This document shows positions 58,579-64,000 of a stretch of 64,000 nt of DNA, in pieces. The translations under genes were made by a program, and so were the position numbers. Position 1 is the first letter of the stretch. Every line of letters starts with the position of its first letter. This stretch comes from an uncultured Verrucomicrobiota bacterium (lineage in GTDB: Bacteria; Verrucomicrobiota; Kiritimatiellia; RFP12; UBA1067), in contig CAMAHK010000002.1 of assembly GCA_945834475.1 (NCBI GenBank), forward strand, positions 27,642 to 91,641, in the 5' to 3' direction. The notes beneath the pieces were generated by a model that did no database searches, was not told the origin of the DNA, and saw only the letters and a list, made by a program, of their open reading frames with translations.

Positions 58579-59439
58579 TCAAACCAAAACATTATCGATC
58601 AACCGCGTCTTGCCGTCGTACGCCGCGACGAGCACGCAGCATCCCTTGCCGATCTTCTTGCGCGTCTCGAGCGTCTCGGCATCAACGCATTCGACATAGT
58701 CGACCTTAAGTCCCGCCTTCGTCAAATCACGCTTAAGCTGCGCAATTCCGTACCGCGGAGCGTCCTCGCCCGCGGCGTCTCCAAGACCGCTCTTTCGCGC
58801 AGCGCCGGCCAGCTTCCTGAGTCCCCCCGAAATCGCGAGCGCCTTCGCCTTCTCCTCGGCGGAGAGGTACGTGTTGCGGCTCGAGCGGGCGAGGCCCGAC
58901 GGCTCGCGCACGATCGGCGCGACGACGATCTCGAGGTCGAAGTTGAGATCGCGCACCATGCGCTTGATGATCTGCGCCTGCTGGTAGTCCTTCTGACCGA
59001 AGACCGCGAAGTCGGCGTGAGCGAGATTGAAGAGCTTCGCGACGACCGTGCAGACGCCGCGGAAGTGCCCGGGACGCCGCGCGCCGCAGAGGCCCTTCGA
59101 GAGGTCCTCCTCGTTCACATAGACCGAGTGACGCTCAAGGTACATGTTCGTCGGCGTCGGGAAGAAGATTGCCGTCGCGCCCGCGGCCTTGCACTTCGCA
59201 AGGTCGGCCTTCTCGTCGCGCGGATACTTCTCGTAATCCTCGCCCGGACAGAACTGCACGGGATTGACGAACACCGAGACGATGATCTCGTCCGCCCCCT
59301 TCGCCTTCGCCTTCGCGATCAGCGAGAGATGTCCCTCATGCAAGTACCCCATCGTCGGCACGAGCGCAATCTTCTTGCCCGCCTTCGACTGGGCCTTCGC
59401 CCACTTCTGCAACTTCTTCGGTTCACGAAAAATTTTCAT
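58579..59439 (-). CDS. panC: Pantoate--beta-alanine ligase
   Basis: ALVPTMGYLHEGHLSL HIGH motif. ATG at 59437-59439, preceded by a TGGTATAAT box. Contains an in-frame repeat. Confidence 0.85.
   Translation of the reverse strand: MKIFREPKKLQKWAKAQSKAGKKIALVPTMGYLHEGHLSLIAKAKAKGADEIIVSVFVNPVQFCPGEDYEKYPRDEKADLAKCKAAGATAIFFPTPTNMYLERHSVYVNEEDLSKGLCGARRPGHFRGVCTVVAKLFNLAHADFAVFGQKDYQQAQIIKRMVRDLNFDLEIVVAPIVREPSGLARSSRNTYLSAEEKAKALAISGGLRKLAGAARKSGLGDAAGEDAPRYGIAQLKRDLTKAGLKVDYVECVDAETLETRKKIGKGCCVLVAAYDGKTRLIDNVLV
58749..58777. repeat. Family-A' element, in frame in panC
   Basis: CGTACCGCGGAGCGTCCTCGCCCGCGGCG. Confidence 0.7.
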
Positions 59440-59581
59440 AGTGAGTATTATTATACCATAAATGACCAAGCCCAGGCCTTCAGCCGAATCGGGTCGACGC
59501 ACGAAATGAGGACCGTCGACAAATTGTTGATAAGGCCTCTATAACTGTCGATAGGCCACAAACCGTGCGGGGAGCGGATTT

Positions 59582-59590
59582 TGTTATAAT
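59582..59590 (+). promoter_or_regulatory. Extended -10 (TGTTATAAT) seven nt upstream of the dnaB ATG
   Basis: TTGTTATAATcttgcccATG, with no room for a Shine-Dalgarno sequence. Confidence 0.45.
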
Positions 59591-59597
59591 CTTGCCC

Positions 59598-61106
59598 ATG
59601 AACGATTTGAAGACACCTCCCAGCAACGTCGAGGCCGAACGGGCCGTGCTGGGTACGATTTTGCTCGATACCGCGAGCCGCAACGGCGACCGCGTGATGG
59701 ACACGTGCCTATCGAGCGGACTGACCGAAGAAAGCTTTTTCGATCCCCGCAACCGCACGATCTACGCGACGATGCTGACGATGAACCGTCAGTCGAAGCC
59801 GCTGGACATCCTGACGCTCACCGAAGAGCTGAACGTTACCGCAAAGATGGAGGCGATCGGCGGCATCGGCTACCTGCAGGGCGTCATCGACCAGGTACCG
59901 ACCGCCGCGCACGCCGAGCACTACATCTCGATCGTCAAGGCGAAGCAGCTGCGCCGCACACTGATCGAGCGCTCGACGAAGGTCATCGAGAAGTGCTACG
60001 ATGAGGAGAAGAACCCCGACCCAGGCGCCCTCCTCGGCGAGGCGGAGAAGTCCTTCCTCGAAATCGGCGGACAGGACAACAAGACGATGAGCTGGAGCGC
60101 GGCGGTTGAGGACAGCCTCAGACGCCTCGACAAGATGTTTGAGTCCGGCGGCAAGAAGATGGAAGGCCTTTCCACCGGTCTTCGTCATCTCGACGAAAAG
60201 CTTCAGGGCCTCAAGCCCGCCGAAATGATTGTCATCGCCGCGCGTCCGTCCGTCGGCAAGACCTCGCTCGCGATGAACATCGCCGAGTCGGCCGCGCTCG
60301 GACAGATGCTGACGCTCAAGAACGGCATGTACCCGCCGGTCGAGTCCGACGGCGGCAAGATGCATCCCGTCGGCATCTTCTCGCTCGAGATGCCCGTCGA
60401 GGCACTCACGAAGCGTATGGTCTCGGGACGCGCCCACGTCAACATGTGGCGCGTCGCCCGGAACCTCGTCCCGAAGAGCGAGAAGGAAATGCTCACGCAG
60501 AACATCTTCCACGCGGCGGATGAACTCCGGCGTGCGCCGATCTTCGTGGACGACACGGCCGGTCTGGACGTGATGGACCTCCGTGCCCGTGCGCGCCGCA
60601 TGCACAAGCAGCACAAGATCGAGCTCATCGTCATCGACTACCTCCAGCTCTGCACCTGCCGCGAAGCCGCGCGCATGGGCTCGCGCCAGATTGAGGTGTC
60701 GATGATTTCCCAACAAATCAAGGCGATGGCCAAGGAACTGAAGATCCCGGTGATCGTTCTCTCCCAGCTCTCGCGTGCGAACGAACAGCGCGGCGACAAA
60801 GAAGAGAAGCCGAAGCTTTCCGACCTCCGCGACTCGGGAGCCATCGAACAGGACGCGGATGTCGTCTTCCTCCTGCGCCGCCCCTCGCGCACGGCGACCT
60901 CGAAGGACTCTGGCGACGAAGCGCTCGCCATCATCGACGTCGCGAAGAACCGCAACGGAGAAATCGGCGAGGTAAAGACGAACTTCATCCGCGAGTACAC
61001 GCGTTTCGAGGACCGTCCGCTTGAGGCGACCGAGCCCGGCGAGAACTTCCAGTCCTCCGAACCCGAACCGCCGCCGCAACAGTTCGTACAGGACGTCTTC
61101 TCGTAA
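59598..61106 (+). CDS. dnaB: Replicative DNA helicase
   Basis: Walker A GKTS and a RecA-like C-terminal domain. ATG at 59598. Confidence 0.9.
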   Translation: MNDLKTPPSNVEAERAVLGTILLDTASRNGDRVMDTCLSSGLTEESFFDPRNRTIYATMLTMNRQSKPLDILTLTEELNVTAKMEAIGGIGYLQGVIDQVPTAAHAEHYISIVKAKQLRRTLIERSTKVIEKCYDEEKNPDPGALLGEAEKSFLEIGGQDNKTMSWSAAVEDSLRRLDKMFESGGKKMEGLSTGLRHLDEKLQGLKPAEMIVIAARPSVGKTSLAMNIAESAALGQMLTLKNGMYPPVESDGGKMHPVGIFSLEMPVEALTKRMVSGRAHVNMWRVARNLVPKSEKEMLTQNIFHAADELRRAPIFVDDTAGLDVMDLRARARRMHKQHKIELIVIDYLQLCTCREAARMGSRQIEVSMISQQIKAMAKELKIPVIVLSQLSRANEQRGDKEEKPKLSDLRDSGAIEQDADVVFLLRRPSRTATSKDSGDEALAIIDVAKNRNGEIGEVKTNFIREYTRFEDRPLEATEPGENFQSSEPEPPPQQFVQDVFS

Positions 61107-61672
61107 TGAAGCGGGCGTTCGATCTCCTCGTCGTCCTCGTCGCAGCCCCCTTCTGGGTGCCCGTCGCGGCGCTCGTCGCCGTGCTCGTCCGCATCAAGAT
61201 GGGTGCACCCGTCTTCTTCCATCAGGAACGCGCAGGTCTCAATGGCAAGAGTTTCCGTCTCGTCAAGTTCCGTTCAATGCGCGCGGGCGACGGCAGCGAC
61301 GCCGAACGGCTGACGAAGTTCGGACGCTTCCTGCGCGCCTCCTCCCTCGACGAGTTGCCCGAGCTCTGGAACGTCCTCAAGGGCGAGATGTCGCTCGTCG
61401 GTCCGCGTCCCCTTCCGATCCGCTACCTGCCGCGCTACTCGCCCGAACAGAACCGCCGGCACGAGGTTCTTCCCGGTATCACCGGCTGGGCGCAGGTGAA
61501 CGGACGCAACGCGCTCGACTGGGAAACGAAGTTCCGCTACGACGTCGACTATGTCGACCACCACAGCTTCTTCCTCGACCTGAAGATCCTCGTCCTGACG
61601 GCCTATCAGGTTATCGCCCCGAAGCACATCGCCCACGAAGGCGAGGCGACAATGAGCGAATTCCAGGGCTGA
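61106..61672 (+). CDS. Polyprenyl-phosphate sugar-1-phosphate transferase (Bac_transf family, small form)
   Basis: DELPELWNVLKGEMSLVGPRP catalytic motif. TAATG overlap with dnaB. Confidence 0.8.
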   Translation: MKRAFDLLVVLVAAPFWVPVAALVAVLVRIKMGAPVFFHQERAGLNGKSFRLVKFRSMRAGDGSDAERLTKFGRFLRASSLDELPELWNVLKGEMSLVGPRPLPIRYLPRYSPEQNRRHEVLPGITGWAQVNGRNALDWETKFRYDVDYVDHHSFFLDLKILVLTAYQVIAPKHIAHEGEATMSEFQG

Positions 61673-61786
61673 CACAAAGGTACGCCCACCACCGCACCCG
61701 GGGAGGAGGCGCCTCGCCTCCTCTGCAACCAAACAACCATCCCCACGCCAAAGGGAACTCAAAATCCTCCGTCAATACCATCAACA

Positions 61787-61842
61787 GTCTCATAAATACG
61801 AGACCGAAGGTCAGACCTATAATCCCATATTTATGAGACTAC
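61787..61842. repeat. AT-rich 13-bp perfect inverted repeat in a low-GC spacer
   Basis: AGTCTCATAAATA ... TATTTATGAGACT separated by about 30 nt. It lies inside a 585-bp region of about 45% GC. Confidence 0.5.
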
Positions 61843-62256
61843 TTCGAAGTATCACAACCCTTGATTCACAAGCCCGCCCCACGCCAATCCGACTTATCAA
61901 CAAAATTCCGCAATGGAGTCGCACCCCATAGATACCCCGCCTCCTCAACACCCATCATCTTATCTTCTAATCTGGAAATGCCTCTCAAGCTCACAGCGTC
62001 CTGTACTTGCGAGGTTTCCCGATATCAAACCAGCATACTGCGCAAAGCGTTCATCCAAAAATTCCACCGAGAGCAACTCCTGGACATTAGTCCTCTAGCC
62101 CGACTTTCCTGATAATCGGTAAACTAGAAAAAGTTTCGGACCGAACTTGCGGACTTTCCGCATCATTTGGCAACATAGCGGCCTGATTTTTCCGAAAAAG
62201 TTGTAGTGAAGACTTTGGTGTCTTGAAAAGCCGCGAGAACATGAGATAATACCCTC

Positions 62257-64000
62257 ATGTTTTTACGCAAGACATCACGATTCAAGGACGGCAAGGTCCA
62301 TGACTACTGGAGCGTCGCGGAGAACTCGCGTGCGGGGCGTCGCGTCGTCCAGCGGCAGCTTCTCTATCTCGGCGAGATAGACGAGGACCGGCAGAACGCC
62401 TGGCTCAACGCGATCAGCGAGCTCGACGAGCGCAAGGAGGTCGACGAACGAGGCTACCTGATTCCGCCTCCTCCGCCGGAGCCTCCGCGCGAGACGAAGA
62501 ACCCCATCCGAATCCGCCTGAGCCAGATGAAGGTCGAGAACATCCGCGAATGTGGCGCGTGCTGGCTCGGGCTCCACCTGTGGGATCTCGTCGGGCTGGA
62601 CTCGTTCTGGACAGGCAGGCTCCCGCCCAGCTCGCACGGCACGGACTGGCTCGCGATCTTCAAGGCCATCGTCCTCTACCGCCTGACGTCGCCGGGCAGC
62701 GAGTGGAGGATGCACCGCGACTGGTACGACGACACCGCCGTGCGAGACCTGCTCGGCGAGTCGTCCTACACGTCGAAGTCGACGCTCTACGGCTGCCTCG
62801 ACCGGCTCGTGACGCACAAGGACGCGATGTTCGGGTTCCTCCGCGCCCGCTGGGCGGGGCTCTTCTCCTCGAACTGCCGCGTCATCCTCTACGACCTGAC
62901 GAGCACGTACTTCGAGGTGGACGGGACGAAGGCCGAGACGTCCGAGCTTTTGCGCCACGGCTACAGCCGGGACAAGCGCGGCGACTGCCTGCAGGTCGTG
63001 ATCGCGCTCGTGATGACTCCGGACGGGCTGCCCCTAGCCTACGAGGTCATGCCCGGCAACACGTCGGACAAGGGCACGCAGATGCAGTTCGTCGACAGGC
63101 TCGTGAAGAAGTACGGCAAGGACGGCAAGCTCGACAGCCTCTGGCTCATGGACCGCGGCGTCCCGACGGAGGAGACGCTGGAGAAGATGCGCTCGCTCGG
63201 CTTCAAGTACCTCGTCGGATCCCCGCGCAGCACGGTCGGCGCGCTCGGCGAGAAGCTGTCGGGACAGGAGTGGACGCATGTGCAGGACGGCATCCGCGTG
63301 AAGTATGCGGCGGACGGGACGGACAAGTACGTCCTGACGCACAGCATGGCCCGCTTCACGAAGGAACACGCGATGCGCCAGTCGAAGATGCGCGCGGTGA
63401 TGAAGGTCCTCCATTCGATAGACGTGCGCATCGGAAGGCGCGTCGAAGTCGGAGACGACGGCAGGCCAGTCGAGAAGGAACGCAAGGCGCTTTCACGGGA
63501 CGAGCTCATCTCGCGACTTGCGGTGGCGAGGTCGAAGGCCGGACGCGCCTGGCGACTGTTCAGGATCCGCAAGCCGAAGCCGAAGGACACGACGGTCACG
63601 CAGGAGAACTTCTCGTGGTCGTTCGACCTCGAGGGGATCAAGGAGGCCCGGAGCAACGAGGGGACGTACCTGCTGCGCACGAACATGACCGAGGCCGATC
63701 CGGCGGTACTCTGGAAGCAGTACATGATCCAGGGCGAGATCGAGCAGTCGTTCAAGGAGGTGAAGAACGACCTCGGACTGAGGCCCATCTACCATCAGCT
63801 CGACAGTCGCATCGAGGCGCACATCTTCGTCAGCTACGTCGCCTACTGCCTTCAGGCGACGCTGAAGAACCTGACCCGGAGCAAGGCGAGCGGACTGACA
63901 CCCCGGCAGATCTTCGACAAGATGAGGAAGATCTATATGGTCGACGTGAAGATACCGACCACGGACGGCCGCGAGATCGTGATGCAGCGCTACGGCGAGC
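62257..64000 (+). mobile_element. IS1634-family (IS4 superfamily) transposase ORF, truncated by the window edge
   Basis: N-terminus MFLRKTSRFKDGKVHDYWSVAE...LLYLG and DDE region YLLRTNMTEADPAVLWKQYMIQGEIEQSFKEVKNDLGLRPIYHQL...EAHIFVSYVAYCL. The frame is open from 62257 to the end. A TGAGATAAT box lies 6 nt before the ATG. Confidence 0.75.

Noticed and set aside
59440-59597. Possible oriC upstream of dnaB (TTATCAACA DnaA-box-like sequence).
   Set aside because: Only a single weak box, and no dnaA or dnaN and no AT-rich unwinding element. This is just a divergent panC/dnaB promoter region.

Overview
This is a high-GC (~62-65%) bacterial chromosomal segment carrying mostly housekeeping genes, organised in three strand blocks: minus 246-23406, plus 23493-37169, minus 37334-59439. 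From 59598 the genes are on the plus strand again. The gene content tentatively suggests a PVC-superphylum organism (Verrucomicrobiota or Kiritimatiellota-like). The pointers are an LL-DAP aminotransferase, a GH97-like hydrolase, an anSME-like radical-SAM enzyme and a giant secreted beta-helix-like protein. Recognisable genes include hup, dapL, ispG, rseP, dxr, map, adk, queE, rsmE, gltA, recD2, prs, folE, ftsH, cdaA, ftsK, nagB, tcdA, dnaE, miaB, maeB, trpS, alr, hslO, glgP, rlmD, panC and dnaB. There are three tRNAs (Tyr-GTA, Gly-CCC, Ser-CGA) and a partial IS1634-family transposase at the 3' edge.

The most unusual signal is a set of families of short GC-rich palindromic repeats (25-120 bp), of which I count 18 copies. 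At least 14 copies sit inside intact reading frames of conserved essential genes (rseP, dxr, rsmE, recD2, rluA-family, aminotransferase, ftsK, anSME-like, alr, rlmD, panC). This is analogous to Rickettsia palindromic elements. One family is a nested palindrome whose two arms are each perfect hairpins with compensatory substitutions. Purine-rich in-frame microsatellites occur in rsmE, rlmD and dnaE, and an unrelated 15-bp tandem duplication sits in alr next to a repeat element.

A second pattern is an extended -10 box, usually TGATATAAT or TGGTATAAT, a few bases upstream of many start codons (ftsH, dnaB, prs, trpS, dxr, panC and the IS transposase). This implies leaderless or very short-leader mRNAs. 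There are also frequent ATGA/GTGA start-stop overlaps.

I found no CRISPR array, toxin-antitoxin pair or recognisable defence island.
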